Assembly: GCA_963755125.1 (NCBI GenBank)
Contig: CAVWIP010000008.1
Span: 32,001-96,000 of the forward strand
DNA from: an uncultured delta proteobacterium
GTDB taxonomy: Bacteria > Myxococcota_A > Polyangia > Fen-1088
Reading direction: 5' to 3'
DNA length: 64,000 bases
How positions within the stretch are numbered: position 1 is the stretch's first letter; each line of letters begins with the position of its first letter. Shown in pieces: positions 40,567-50,165 of this stretch. Below the pieces are notes generated by a model, which was not told the origin of the DNA, did not search any database, and was given only the letters and a program-made list of their open reading frames with translations. The position numbers were made by a program, and so were the translations under genes.

Positions 40567-41229
40567 CTAACGCAGATCCAGGATGGGCCAGTCATGTTGT
40601 AAAGCGGTGTTCCTCAGGCGGAAGTCGGGGTTGACAGCGGTGGGGTGGCCCACCACCGACAGCATGGGTAGATCGCTCATGCTGTCCGAGTAGCTGTAGC
40701 ACTCGGTGAGGTTGAGTCCCTCTTTCTCGGCATAGACGCGAATCCAGCTTGCCTTGGTGGCCGCGGCCATGACCGGCGGCAAAAGGCGCCCGGTGGCCTT
40801 GCCGTCGACGAATTCCAGGTGGTTGGTGACGGCGTCGTCCAGTTCCAGGTGACGCACCAGCGGCCCTGCGGTGATATCCAGTGCGCCGGTGACCAACACC
40901 TGGCGCAACCCCAGCCTGCGCGACTTGTCGATGAGTTGGTAGGCGCCCGGGTAGATGGATGGCTGGATGACCGTGTCGAACAGTTCCTGGGCCAGATAGC
41001 GCAGGCGGTCCTCGGACTCGCCCCGGTAGCGGCGGAAAAAGATGTCGTTGAACAGCCGCCGGTTGAACATGTCGGCAGCCAGAAACAAAGGGATGCTGGC
41101 CACGGTCGACGTCATCCGCGTGACGCTCCGCCACAGACCCTGCTGGTTGCGCGCGTTGTAGGCGAAGGCATGCACCAGGTTCGTCCGACACAGGGTGCCG
41201 TCGAGGTCATAGAACGCAGCCGCTTCCAT
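40567..41229 (-). CDS. elbB: HAD-IB family hydrolase (ElbB-like)
   Basis: FYDLDGTL, LVTG, YSDSMSDLPML, AVNPD. Confidence 0.85.
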   Translation of the reverse strand: MEAAAFYDLDGTLCRTNLVHAFAYNARNQQGLWRSVTRMTSTVASIPLFLAADMFNRRLFNDIFFRRYRGESEDRLRYLAQELFDTVIQPSIYPGAYQLIDKSRRLGLRQVLVTGALDITAGPLVRHLELDDAVTNHLEFVDGKATGRLLPPVMAAATKASWIRVYAEKEGLNLTECYSYSDSMSDLPMLSVVGHPTAVNPDFRLRNTALQHDWPILDLR

Positions 41230-41353
41230 GTTCAGAAGTGCAACCGTATATCACGACCGAGACGGTGGGCCACCATCGGCCTGAGCCACGATAGCCGCAC
41301 AAGGTCGTGTCCGGGGTGGTGGTGTCCTCTGTCGAATCGCGTAGGATGGGGCC

Positions 41354-41623
41354 ATGGTTCCCGAGCAGAGGCTGGCACAATCTGCGCGGCAGGCCGGTCT
41401 TCGGCTGCTGGTGCTCTTCGGCTCTCGCGTCCTGGGAAACATCCGCGGCCAGTCCGACTGGGACTTCGGCTAACTGGCCGGCGGGACTCTTGACGAGGAG
41501 TTGTTGCGCGAGCGCCTGATGGAAATCCTCGGGACGGACCTTGTCGATCTGGTTGACCTGTCCAATGCCAGCGCCCTGCTGAGAAACCCTGCCCAAGACG
41601 GGCTGACCGCAACCGTCCATTGA
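41354..41623 (+). pseudogene. Minimal nucleotidyltransferase (MntA-type antitoxin) relic with internal TAA
   Basis: MVPEQRLAQSARQAGLRLLVLFGSRVLGNIRGQSDWDFG*LAGGTLDEELLRERLMEILGTDLVDLVDLSNASALLR; GS-X10-DxD motif; TAA 41471-41473. Confidence 0.78.
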
Positions 41624-41710
41624 CAAGGTGGGTCGGTGGTCTTGGCAAGCTACGATCAGCGCATGGCCGAAGCGGCCCGCAAGATGGGTTTTGCGATTCA
41701 TCCTTTGTAG
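41624..41710 (+). pseudogene. C-terminal relic of a PIN-domain (VapC) toxin
   Basis: QGGSVVLASYDQRMAEAARKMGFAIHPL* resembles the terminal SYD-R-AA motif of PIN toxins. Confidence 0.6.
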
Positions 41711-41750
41711 AGGTGGCGAAGAACCGCGTATCTGCCTACTCGTCTCCAGC

Positions 41751-42176
41751 TTATCGAGTTCTCGGCGCGAACGGGTCGAGTACGTCAATGCCGGTACCGA
41801 TGACATCCTTCACGTTGCGCGTGACGAGCGTCAGGTCGTGTACTTGTGCCGTTGCGGCCAGCAACCCGTCGACGACCGGCAAGCTCCCCCGAGCATCGAG
41901 CCTTCCCCACTCGTCTGCGGTCGCGGCATCCACCGGCAGCACGCGATCGGAATGCGCCTGCATCAGGTTGTCGAGCCAGCGTTCGAGTGCGGGGGCGGCA
42001 CGGGGATCGCGCTGCCGGATTGCCTCGATCCCGCGGCGAATCTCACCCGCGACAAGGACGCTCAAGAAGATCAAGTTCTCGTCGACGCTTGCGAACCAGC
42101 GCTGAATATTCACATTGGCGCGCATCCCCTTGCGTAGTTCCGAGAGCACGTTTGTATCGAGCAGGAAGCCTTTCAC
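41751..42176 (-). CDS. vapC: Type II TA toxin, VapC/FitB PIN domain
   Basis: FLLDTNVLSE, GEIRRG, VDGLLAATA, LVTRNVKD. Confidence 0.93.
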   Translation of the reverse strand: MKGFLLDTNVLSELRKGMRANVNIQRWFASVDENLIFLSVLVAGEIRRGIEAIRQRDPRAAPALERWLDNLMQAHSDRVLPVDAATADEWGRLDARGSLPVVDGLLAATAQVHDLTLVTRNVKDVIGTGIDVLDPFAPRTR

Positions 42177-42403
42177 AGTACAACCCGCCGTCCCCGGTGG
42201 TGCGGCCGCCCGAAGTCGGCGTCGCGCCCCACATCCGGAATTCCGCTTAGCATCGCCTTCAGCGAGGGTGCTCCCGGCGAGAGCAGCGCCTGCCTGAGGA
42301 TCTCGCGATGCTCTGCTTCAGCGGAATGCCCACGCCTAGCAGCCCGCTGCTTCAGGCGGACAACCACCTGCTGGGGAATGTCTCTCACGATAAGCTGAGC
42401 CAT
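42173..42403 (-). CDS. Type II TA antitoxin, FitA-like ribbon-helix-helix
   Basis: MAQLIVRDIPQQVVVRLKQRAARRGHSAEAEHREIL; GTGA overlap with toxin. Confidence 0.9.
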   Translation of the reverse strand: MAQLIVRDIPQQVVVRLKQRAARRGHSAEAEHREILRQALLSPGAPSLKAMLSGIPDVGRDADFGRPHHRGRRVVL

Positions 42404-42405
42404 AT

Positions 42406-42422
42406 TGCTATCAATGATAGCA
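42406..42422. promoter_or_regulatory. Palindromic TA operator
   Basis: TGCTATCA-A-TGATAGCA immediately upstream of antitoxin ATG, overlapping a TG-n-TATCAT -10 element. Confidence 0.8.
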
Positions 42423-42517
42423 CACTCGGGGCAAGTCAGCGCAAGTCCTGAATCCGTCTGCAATTTCGCGGTTGTTGCAGTTGCGCCGGCTCCGGATCTC
42501 GCATTCCCGTAACGCTA

Positions 42518-44098
42518 CTACTTCTCGCTCGGCTTGGCCTCGGCCAACCACTCGCCCATGATTTCCACGCGCGCCGCTGGATCCAACTTTGGGAACTGGG
42601 CCAGGGCCCAGTCTGCGGCAGCCAGACGTCCCGGACCGGCGGCCAGGGCTGCGTAGGAGCCTAGCCAGACATGGCCATCGGGCGCCGAGGCTGTGGCCAG
42701 CCGCTTCGGCGCCTCGGCGGCTGCGCCGCCCAGGAAGCGCAACTCGGCATCCCCGTCGCTCGCCAACTCGGCCTGCAGCTTGCGCGCAGCTTGATCGCGA
42801 CGCAGGACCAAGGCTCGCGCGCTGGCCAGGCGAACTCGCCGGTCGTGCTTGCCGTGGACCAACTTGCCCAGCATCGCGGCCGAGGCCTCTCCCTTCATGG
42901 CCCCTAGTTCTTTCGCCACGGACTCGCCGGGCCGCGGATCCTTTTCTTTGAAGAGTTGGAAGAGTTGAGAAACCATCGCCTCGCCACCGGCCCGCAGCAA
43001 AGCGACAGCCGCGGCTCCCCGCACCTCGGGCGCGGGATCACGCAAGAGCCCGGTCACGCGAATCACCGCGGCTCGACCAGCGCCCGGCCGTGTCCCCGCG
43101 AGCAATGCCGCCGCCCGTATGGCTGGCGGCGCATCCTTGGCCAGGCCCAGCAGGGTCTTGCGCGCCTCGGGATCGTCGAGGGTTCCCAGGGCTTCCGCGG
43201 CAGCCACGCGTTGGGGCTCCGGCGCCGAGCGATCCTGGGCCACGGCCATGACCCCCGGCAAGCACTCGGGCTCCAGTCCAAAACGCAGGGCCGCCACCGC
43301 CGTGCCGCGGGCATCGCCGGCTGGCCCTTCCAGCTTTTCCCTGACCAGCGGACACAAGGGAATCGCGAGTCGCGCCAGTGCGCGCGCCGCCGTCTCCACT
43401 TGCTCGCCCCGCGCCACAGCCTGGCGAAGCTTCTCGACCCCTGCTCGGTCCCCAGCCGCCGCGCGGGCCGCAGCCACGGCCAGTCCCTGGCCGGCGTCCG
43501 CGCGGTCGAGCCACGCCCACGCAAACGACGAGAAGCCCTGCTCGAGTGCGTCTTCAGCGGCCGCTTGCAAACGCTGGATGGCGATGATCTCGCGACCTTG
43601 CGCCACCAGAGCTCGCACCGCTTCCGGCAACGGACGTAGCGCATCTTTGACCTGCAGGCCCGAGCACCGGCGATCGTCGCGCGCGAAGGTCCACAGGACG
43701 TGCACGTTGCCGTCATCGGACAGGATCTCCTCGGGCGCAGCGCCATAGGGGGCGTTTTCCCGGACCACGTCGAGCGCAGATGCATCGAACTCGGACGACC
43801 CCGAAGGCTCAGTCACCTGCGCGCTCACCAAACGGCCCTCCCGGGCCAGCACCAACTCGACCACCGCGGCGCGTGTGATGAGGTTCACGGGATGGTCTTT
43901 GGGCAGGCGTGCAGCCGCCATGGCCAGGAAGTTGTCCGCCCAGGCCCGGTGTACCTTGGCGTGCAGGCCGCGCAGGTAGGCGAGAGTTCGGCCTTCGCCT
44001 TGCACGGGCGGCTCATCGCCTGCCCACGCCCTGACACCAGCCATAACCAGGAGCGGTAGGACAGCCAGCAGGCCAAGCACGCGCTTGCTCGTGATCAT
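42518..44098 (-). CDS. Secreted TonB-C-terminal-like domain + HEAT repeat protein
   Basis: Signal peptide; SGSSEFDASAL...APYG TonB-C motif; RVAAAEALG, DPAPEVRGAAA HEAT repeats. Confidence 0.75.
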   Translation of the reverse strand: MITSKRVLGLLAVLPLLVMAGVRAWAGDEPPVQGEGRTLAYLRGLHAKVHRAWADNFLAMAAARLPKDHPVNLITRAAVVELVLAREGRLVSAQVTEPSGSSEFDASALDVVRENAPYGAAPEEILSDDGNVHVLWTFARDDRRCSGLQVKDALRPLPEAVRALVAQGREIIAIQRLQAAAEDALEQGFSSFAWAWLDRADAGQGLAVAAARAAAGDRAGVEKLRQAVARGEQVETAARALARLAIPLCPLVREKLEGPAGDARGTAVAALRFGLEPECLPGVMAVAQDRSAPEPQRVAAAEALGTLDDPEARKTLLGLAKDAPPAIRAAALLAGTRPGAGRAAVIRVTGLLRDPAPEVRGAAAVALLRAGGEAMVSQLFQLFKEKDPRPGESVAKELGAMKGEASAAMLGKLVHGKHDRRVRLASARALVLRRDQAARKLQAELASDGDAELRFLGGAAAEAPKRLATASAPDGHVWLGSYAALAAGPGRLAAADWALAQFPKLDPAARVEIMGEWLAEAKPSEK

Positions 44099-44207
44099 CG
44101 TCTCACCTCTCGCTTCAAGGTGGCGCAAGTATACGCGCGTCAGGCAGCTTCGGTCCAACCGTCGGTTCCCGTGACCGGAGCCGGTGGCCGGCCCCCCCCG
44201 GTACTAC

Positions 44208-46334
44208 TCACCCCGCGGCGCGCTTCTGCGAACGACCGCCACCATCCTTTTCCCGCTTCTCCTTGTACTCGGCGATCATGGCCTCGCGCGCCTGCTTGGG
44301 CACCTCGGCGTAGCGCTTGAACTCCATGCTGAACTCGCCCTTGCCCTGGGTGGCCGAGCGCAGATCGGTGGCATAGCCGAACATGTCGGCCAGCGGCACC
44401 TCGGCCACTCCGGTGACAAACGCTTCGTGCTTCTCGGTGCTCAGGATGTTTCCCCGACGCTGATTGAGCTGCCCGATGACCGCGCCCTGGAATTCCTCGG
44501 GAAACTGCACCTCGACCAGCATGATGGGCTCGAGGATGGTGGGCTTGGCCTTGTTGTAGGCCTCGCGGAACCCCATCAGGGCCGCCGTGCGAAAGGCCAG
44601 CTCCGACGAGTCCACCGGGTGCGATTGACCGTCGTTGATGAGGCAGCGCACGCCCACGATGGGGAAGCCGATGAGCGGCCCCCGCTTGATCGCCTCCTTG
44701 AAGCCCTTGTCGCAGGCCGGGATGAACTCGCGTGGGATCGAGCCGCCCACGATTTCATCCACGAACTCGTAGCCGCTCTCATGATCAGAGGGCAACGGCT
44801 CGATGTAGCCCGCCACGCGGCCGTACTGGCCCGAGCCGCCGGTCTGCTTCTTGTGCGTGTAGCTGAACTCGCCCCGCTGGGTGATGGTCTCGCGGTACTT
44901 GACCTGGGGCCGACCGGGAACCACCACGCAGTTGTATTCGCGCTTCATGCGCTCGATGTAGATGTCGAGGTGCAATTCGCCCATGCCGCTGATGATGGTC
45001 TGGCCTGACTCCTCGTCGCGCGACACGCGGAAGGTGGGATCCTCTTTGGTGAAACGATTGAGCGCCTTGGAGAAATTGGTCTGCGCCGCCTTGTCCTGCG
45101 GCTCGACCGCCAGCGAGATGACCGCGTCGGGCACGTGCATGGACGTCATGGTGACGTTGATGCGCCCATCGGTGAAGGTGTCGCCCGAGGCGCACTCCAC
45201 ACCGAAGAGAGCCACGATGTCGCCGGCTTCGGCCGAGGCGATGTCCTCCATCTCGTCGGCGTGCATGCGCACCAGGCGCGGAACCTTCACCTTCTTCTCT
45301 CCCGCCGAGCAATTCACGATGAAGTCGCCTTTGCTGACCTTGCCCTGGTAGATCCGCATGTAGGTGAGCTGTCCGTAGCGGCCGTCTTCCAGCTTGAAGG
45401 CCAGTCCCACGAAGGGCTTGGCCGTGTCGGATTCCAGCTTGATCTCGGCCTCGCCGTGATCCTGGTCGAGCGCGATGTTCTCCACCTCGGACGGCGTGGG
45501 CAGGTAGTCCCGCACGGCGTCGAGCAGCAGCTGCACGCCCTTGTTCTTGTAGGCCGATCCCAGCAGCACGGGTGTGCCCTTGAAGGCGACCGTGACGCGA
45601 CGGATGGCCGGAACCAGATCGTCGGGCGTGCACTCCTGTTCGTGCAGGTACTTGTCGGCGATGGCGTCGTCGATGTCGGCAATGGCTTCGATCATCTTCT
45701 GGCGGGCCGCCTTGGCTTCATCGAGCAGGCTGCCCGGTATTTCGGCAAAGCGCAGATCTTCTCCCTTCGCCCCGTCGAAATACACCGCCCTCATGCGGAC
45801 GAGATCGATCACGCCCTCGAATCGGTCCTCCGCACCGATGGGGATCTGCACCGGGATGGTGTGCAGGTGCAGCTTCTCCCGCAACTGCTCGGTCACGCGC
45901 GCCGGGTTGGCGCCGGAGCGGTCCAGCTTGTTGATGAAAGCGATGCGCGGCACTTGATAGCGCCGCATCTGGCGATCGACCGTGTACGACTGCGACTGCA
46001 CGCCGGCCACGCCACAAAGCACCAGCACGGCGCCGTCCAGCACACGCAGGGCGCGCTCCACCTCGATGGTGAAGTCCACGTGGCCGGGAGTGTCGATGAG
46101 GTTGATGGCGCAGTCCTCCCACTCGCAGGAGGTGGCGGCCGACTGGATGGTGATCCCCTTCTCCCGCTCCAGGTCCATGAAGTCCATGGTCGCGCCCACG
46201 CCGGACTTTCCCTTGACCTCTTCGATCTTGTGGATCTTGCCGGTGTAGAACAGCACCCGCTCGGAGAGCGTGGTCTTTCCTGAATCGATGTGGGCGGAAA
46301 TACCTATGTTGCGAATCTTTTCGATGGACGACAT
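44208..46334 (-). CDS. fusA: Elongation factor G
   Basis: [48 protein letters not shown]. Confidence 0.97.
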   Translation of the reverse strand: MSSIEKIRNIGISAHIDSGKTTLSERVLFYTGKIHKIEEVKGKSGVGATMDFMDLEREKGITIQSAATSCEWEDCAINLIDTPGHVDFTIEVERALRVLDGAVLVLCGVAGVQSQSYTVDRQMRRYQVPRIAFINKLDRSGANPARVTEQLREKLHLHTIPVQIPIGAEDRFEGVIDLVRMRAVYFDGAKGEDLRFAEIPGSLLDEAKAARQKMIEAIADIDDAIADKYLHEQECTPDDLVPAIRRVTVAFKGTPVLLGSAYKNKGVQLLLDAVRDYLPTPSEVENIALDQDHGEAEIKLESDTAKPFVGLAFKLEDGRYGQLTYMRIYQGKVSKGDFIVNCSAGEKKVKVPRLVRMHADEMEDIASAEAGDIVALFGVECASGDTFTDGRINVTMTSMHVPDAVISLAVEPQDKAAQTNFSKALNRFTKEDPTFRVSRDEESGQTIISGMGELHLDIYIERMKREYNCVVVPGRPQVKYRETITQRGEFSYTHKKQTGGSGQYGRVAGYIEPLPSDHESGYEFVDEIVGGSIPREFIPACDKGFKEAIKRGPLIGFPIVGVRCLINDGQSHPVDSSELAFRTAALMGFREAYNKAKPTILEPIMLVEVQFPEEFQGAVIGQLNQRRGNILSTEKHEAFVTGVAEVPLADMFGYATDLRSATQGKGEFSMEFKRYAEVPKQAREAMIAEYKEKREKDGGGRSQKRAAG

Positions 46335-46508
46335 GGAATCTACCTGACCTATCTTGATAGATGACTAAGGGCGCGGCAGTTTATTCGACGACGAGGCGAA
46401 CGCTACCTAAATCTGTGTGACGCTGCGGTGCCATTTTCCGCGCGATCATCACCGCAATGTCGCTCCGGCGTTGCATTCTGCCGCGGGACGCGCGTTAAAT
46501 GCGTCCCG

Positions 46509-47405
46509 GTGTCATCGAACGCAAACCGCCAAGCCAAGCCCAGCCACCTTGCGCCTGCCGCCCAGCCGTTTCTTCGCCCATTTCTAAAGTGGGCGGGTGG
46601 AAAAACCCAGCTCCTTCCGCAGTTCGAGCGGTTCTACCCTCGCGAGAAAATCGAGAGGTACATCGAGCCGTTTCTAGGCAGCGGGGCTGTGTTCTTCCGC
46701 GTGAGAGCCCAGCTGAACCCGGGGAAGGCGATCTTGTGTGACAACAACAAGGAGCTGATCGAAACATTCAAGGCGGTGAAGACCGATGTCGAGGGCGTGA
46801 TCCGATGCCTGCGGGTCCACAAGGACAAGCACAGCCCAGAGTATTTCCGCGAGATGCGAACAAGGCTAGGCGAGAATGCTGCAGAGTGCGCTGCACGCCT
46901 TATCTACCTGAACAAGACTTGCTTCAACGGACTCTACCGCGTCAACAGTCGCGGAATCTTCAACGTGCCGATGGGTCGGTACCACAAGCCGGCGATTCTC
47001 GACGAAGACGGCTTGCGCGAGGCGAGCCGGCAACTTCACGGCGTCGAACTGCAGGCCCGAGATTTCCGCAAGCTGCCTGCCCTCGCGAAACGGGGTGACT
47101 TCATCTACCTAGACCCACCCTACTACCCGGTTTCAAAAACCTCCTATTTCACTTCATATACCCGCGACTCCTTCGGGGCCCAAGACCAGTGGGATCTGTC
47201 CGAGGTCTACGACCAACTATGCCAAGCGGGCTGCTTCGTGATGCTCTCCAACAGTGACAACCCATTTATCAACGGCTTGTACTGGCGACTCAAGGACGCG
47301 CGAATCCATCGCGTCTCGGCCCGACGAAACATCAACTCACGAGCCGAACGTAGGGGACACATCAACGAGCTCGTCATCGTCAACTACGACGCGCCGAGAA
47401 GGTAG
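46509..47405 (+). CDS. Dam/DpnM-family N6-adenine DNA methyltransferase (start uncertain)
   Basis: FLKWAGGK, EPFLGSGAV, FNGLYRVNSRGIFNVPMGRY, YLDPPY, MLSNS. Confidence 0.92.
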   Translation: MSSNANRQAKPSHLAPAAQPFLRPFLKWAGGKTQLLPQFERFYPREKIERYIEPFLGSGAVFFRVRAQLNPGKAILCDNNKELIETFKAVKTDVEGVIRCLRVHKDKHSPEYFREMRTRLGENAAECAARLIYLNKTCFNGLYRVNSRGIFNVPMGRYHKPAILDEDGLREASRQLHGVELQARDFRKLPALAKRGDFIYLDPPYYPVSKTSYFTSYTRDSFGAQDQWDLSEVYDQLCQAGCFVMLSNSDNPFINGLYWRLKDARIHRVSARRNINSRAERRGHINELVIVNYDAPRR

Positions 47406-47798
47406 ATGGCGGGCGGCGCAACAGCAGTGAAGACCGGTGAGGAACTCCGCCAGCGCGTAGTAGAGCTGGCGTCGAAGCTGCGCCTGATCGCGAAAACCGA
47501 GGTCAAGGTTGGCCGGAGGCTGTGGGGTAGCCGCCGCAGAATTGACGTTGTGCTGGTCCATCCCGAAAGCAGACAGAGCGTGGGCATCGAGTGCAAGGTC
47601 CAAAGCGAACGAGGTTCTGCAGAAGAGAAGATCCCGTCGACGATACTCGATATCGCCGCCTGGCCGATTCCCGGAATCGTGGTGTTCGCGGGCGATGGCT
47701 TCTCCGGCGAGTTCAGGAACTACTTGGTGTCGACAGGCAAGGCTGTGGAGTTCTGCGACCTTGAGGACTGGCTCGTCCTCTTCTTCAGGTTGATGTGA
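47406..47798 (+). CDS. Small PD-(D/E)XK nuclease
   Basis: GEELR...RIDVVL...IECKVQSERGSAEEKIP; starts directly after the MTase stop. Confidence 0.8.
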   Translation: MAGGATAVKTGEELRQRVVELASKLRLIAKTEVKVGRRLWGSRRRIDVVLVHPESRQSVGIECKVQSERGSAEEKIPSTILDIAAWPIPGIVVFAGDGFSGEFRNYLVSTGKAVEFCDLEDWLVLFFRLM

Positions 47799-48358
47799 CT
47801 AGGCAGGCCAGAATCTACACGCGCAAGGGTGATCGTGGGGACACGCAGCTTCCCGGCGGACAGCGCGTGGCCAAGCACGCGCAGCGAATCGAGTGTCTCG
47901 GCGCTGTGGACGAGCTTTCCGCGTGCATCGGGCTCGCAAGTGCCTTGCTGCGGGAGTCTTGCGCGCCTGCCGGCGCGGCACGCCTGGCCTCGCACTTGAG
48001 CCGCATCCAGAGTGAGCTTTCCGATCTTTGCGCGGACTTGGCTGCCCCACCCCGGCGCAAGCAACACATCGCCGCTCGCCACGTCACCGCCCTGGAGCGC
48101 GACATCGATCTCTGGACGCGAAGGCTTCCGCTGCTCCGCAGCTTCATCCTGCCCGGCGGCGGCCCAGCGGCTGCGTGCCTGCACCTCGCGCGCACGATCT
48201 GCCGTCGCGCCGAACGCCAGGTGGTGCGCCTTGCTGCCCAGGAGCCCGTGGGTGGCACCATCGTTCCCTACCTCAACCGTCTTTCCGATGCCCTCTTCGT
48301 CGCGGCCCGCTACACCGAACTCTGCAGCCGCGAAGAGCGGCTGGCCTCGAAGGCATAG
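47795..48358 (+). CDS. Cob(I)yrinic acid a,c-diamide adenosyltransferase (PduO type)
   Basis: IYTRKGDRGDT, GAVDELS, FILPGG, RTICRRAER, YLNRLSDALF. Confidence 0.92.
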   Translation: MTRQARIYTRKGDRGDTQLPGGQRVAKHAQRIECLGAVDELSACIGLASALLRESCAPAGAARLASHLSRIQSELSDLCADLAAPPRRKQHIAARHVTALERDIDLWTRRLPLLRSFILPGGGPAAACLHLARTICRRAERQVVRLAAQEPVGGTIVPYLNRLSDALFVAARYTELCSREERLASKA

Positions 48359-48364
48359 CCCTCG

Positions 48365-49915
48365 TCATCGCAGGTAGACGAGCCCGACGTTCACATCCAA
48401 GTTGGCCATCACCTTGGGCGCACCCACAAGGAGATTGGCGCCGGCCAAGAATGAGAATGAATCATTCAACTCGACGGTGATTCCGCCGCCAGGACCGAAC
48501 AAGACCGGGCCGCCCACCACGGTATCCTTGCAACCGCTCGACGGGCAGCCTGACAGCTTCCCGACGTCGACCACCTCGCGAATCTGACCGGCGCCCGCGG
48601 CCAGCGACAGGAAGGGCGTGGCCCGCCTGGGCTCGCCCACGAACCAGATTGCCTTGGCCAACACCGCCAGGGCGTAACTGGCAGGTTGGCAGGTGCCACC
48701 ATTGCAAGCGCCAGTGTTGTTCGTCACCTCTTTGCCGTTGACCTGGCTCGCGCCGCTCACAAGCTGGATTCGACCCTGCAGCGACAACACCAGGCTGTCA
48801 GAAACGAAGATGCCAATCTCAGGGGCAATCTGCAATAGCTGAGACATGGCGACGCCGGAGCTTTTCAGGGCTGCTCCCGCATCGTTCGTGCGGTTTGCCT
48901 CGGGCGTGCCCGAGTGATAGCCAAACCCGCTGCCTGCGGCCAGCGCAAACCACAGGGATACGCTTCCACCCTCCTCACCGCCCTGCTCGCCGCCCTCGCT
49001 GGTTTCGCCTTCAGGGCCCGCGCCTCCGCCAGCGACGGCTTCTCCGCTCAGGTTGACGACGTGAGGTTCGGACGCGGTCCCGTTCTGCGCCACTTGCTGG
49101 CCGTCTCCGTTCTGCGCAAAAATGTAATAGGCCACCGATGCGCCGCTCGTCGCCTCGGGCGGAATCTGGGTCTGATGCCAGTCGCCGCTCTCGCTGGGGT
49201 CCATCTCGCGCGTGACGAAATCCGAAGCACCCTCTGGCCGATAGGCCAACACGACCCTCTCCGCGCCGAGAGACGCCGGAACCTGCGCCTTGATGGTGAT
49301 TGGCTGGCCCGGCGCAGCCTCGGTCACCGGAGTGTGAACGATGGCGCTCTCCGCGGGCGGCGCGGATTGCGCGGGGGCTTCGGGCTGGGCCGGCTGCGCG
49401 GCCGGGACCGCGGGTTGGGCAGGCGGCTCGGGCTGGGCCGGCCGCGCAGCCGGGACCTCGGGCTGGGCCTGGCCCGGGGCGCTCTCCGCGCCTTCGGCAC
49501 CCTCGGAAACATCCATGGAAGCCTCGGCAAATGCCGACTGGACCTCGGGATTGATCATGGACTTGGTGACCTTGATATTGGGGTCGATGCGCAGCGCTTT
49601 CTTGAACTCTTCCATGCCCTGGTCACGCTGCTTGAACCCGACCACGTAGATCACCCCCAGGTGCACGTGCGTACGCGCAGCCATCGGGTGCTTGTCCAGT
49701 TGCTGAGCGCTACACAACTCGATGGCTTCCTTCAGCAGTCTGGACGCCTCCTCCACGTCCAGGTTGGCGTAGGCAGCCAGCGCTTTCTTGTTGAGATCGA
49801 CAACCCTCTGCACGGGGTCCTGATCTTGCGCATCGGCCCGAAGTCCCCAGGTGACCGCCGTAGCGAAAACCATGAGCAGCACGGCATAGCGATAGCTTCT
49901 TGAAATCGACATCAT
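48365..49915 (-). CDS. Secreted TPR protein with Pro-rich linker, Ig-like domain and beta-barrel-like C-terminus
   Basis: Signal peptide; HVHLGVIY...EEFKKALRIDP TPR; IVHTPV...YYI Ig-like; ends NVGLVYLR. Confidence 0.7.
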   Translation of the reverse strand: MMSISRSYRYAVLLMVFATAVTWGLRADAQDQDPVQRVVDLNKKALAAYANLDVEEASRLLKEAIELCSAQQLDKHPMAARTHVHLGVIYVVGFKQRDQGMEEFKKALRIDPNIKVTKSMINPEVQSAFAEASMDVSEGAEGAESAPGQAQPEVPAARPAQPEPPAQPAVPAAQPAQPEAPAQSAPPAESAIVHTPVTEAAPGQPITIKAQVPASLGAERVVLAYRPEGASDFVTREMDPSESGDWHQTQIPPEATSGASVAYYIFAQNGDGQQVAQNGTASEPHVVNLSGEAVAGGGAGPEGETSEGGEQGGEEGGSVSLWFALAAGSGFGYHSGTPEANRTNDAGAALKSSGVAMSQLLQIAPEIGIFVSDSLVLSLQGRIQLVSGASQVNGKEVTNNTGACNGGTCQPASYALAVLAKAIWFVGEPRRATPFLSLAAGAGQIREVVDVGKLSGCPSSGCKDTVVGGPVLFGPGGGITVELNDSFSFLAGANLLVGAPKVMANLDVNVGLVYLR

Positions 49916-49975
49916 TTGGGGGAAGGCTCCTGCGACGGCGTCTAGTTTATGCGTAGAGAGGCGGGAGAGCCTAAA

Positions 49976-50005
49976 ACTGTATTCTTGTAGGTTCCCACAC
50001 GTCAA
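49976..50005 (-). promoter_or_regulatory. Putative sigma-70 promoter of the TPR gene
   Basis: Minus strand TTGACG-N18-TACAGT. Confidence 0.5.
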
Positions 50006-50165
50006 CCTACTCGTGGGTACGCAAGGAACAGTGCCGCGGCAGCCCCGATCAGGCTCAGCCTCCTGCACCGCCAACCTTGGCTGCCCCTCGACGGTACAAG
50101 CCTGATGACGCGATTAGGCTTAAAGGTACTGCGTCCGTGGGCGACCGCAGATCGTCCCTACCGGT

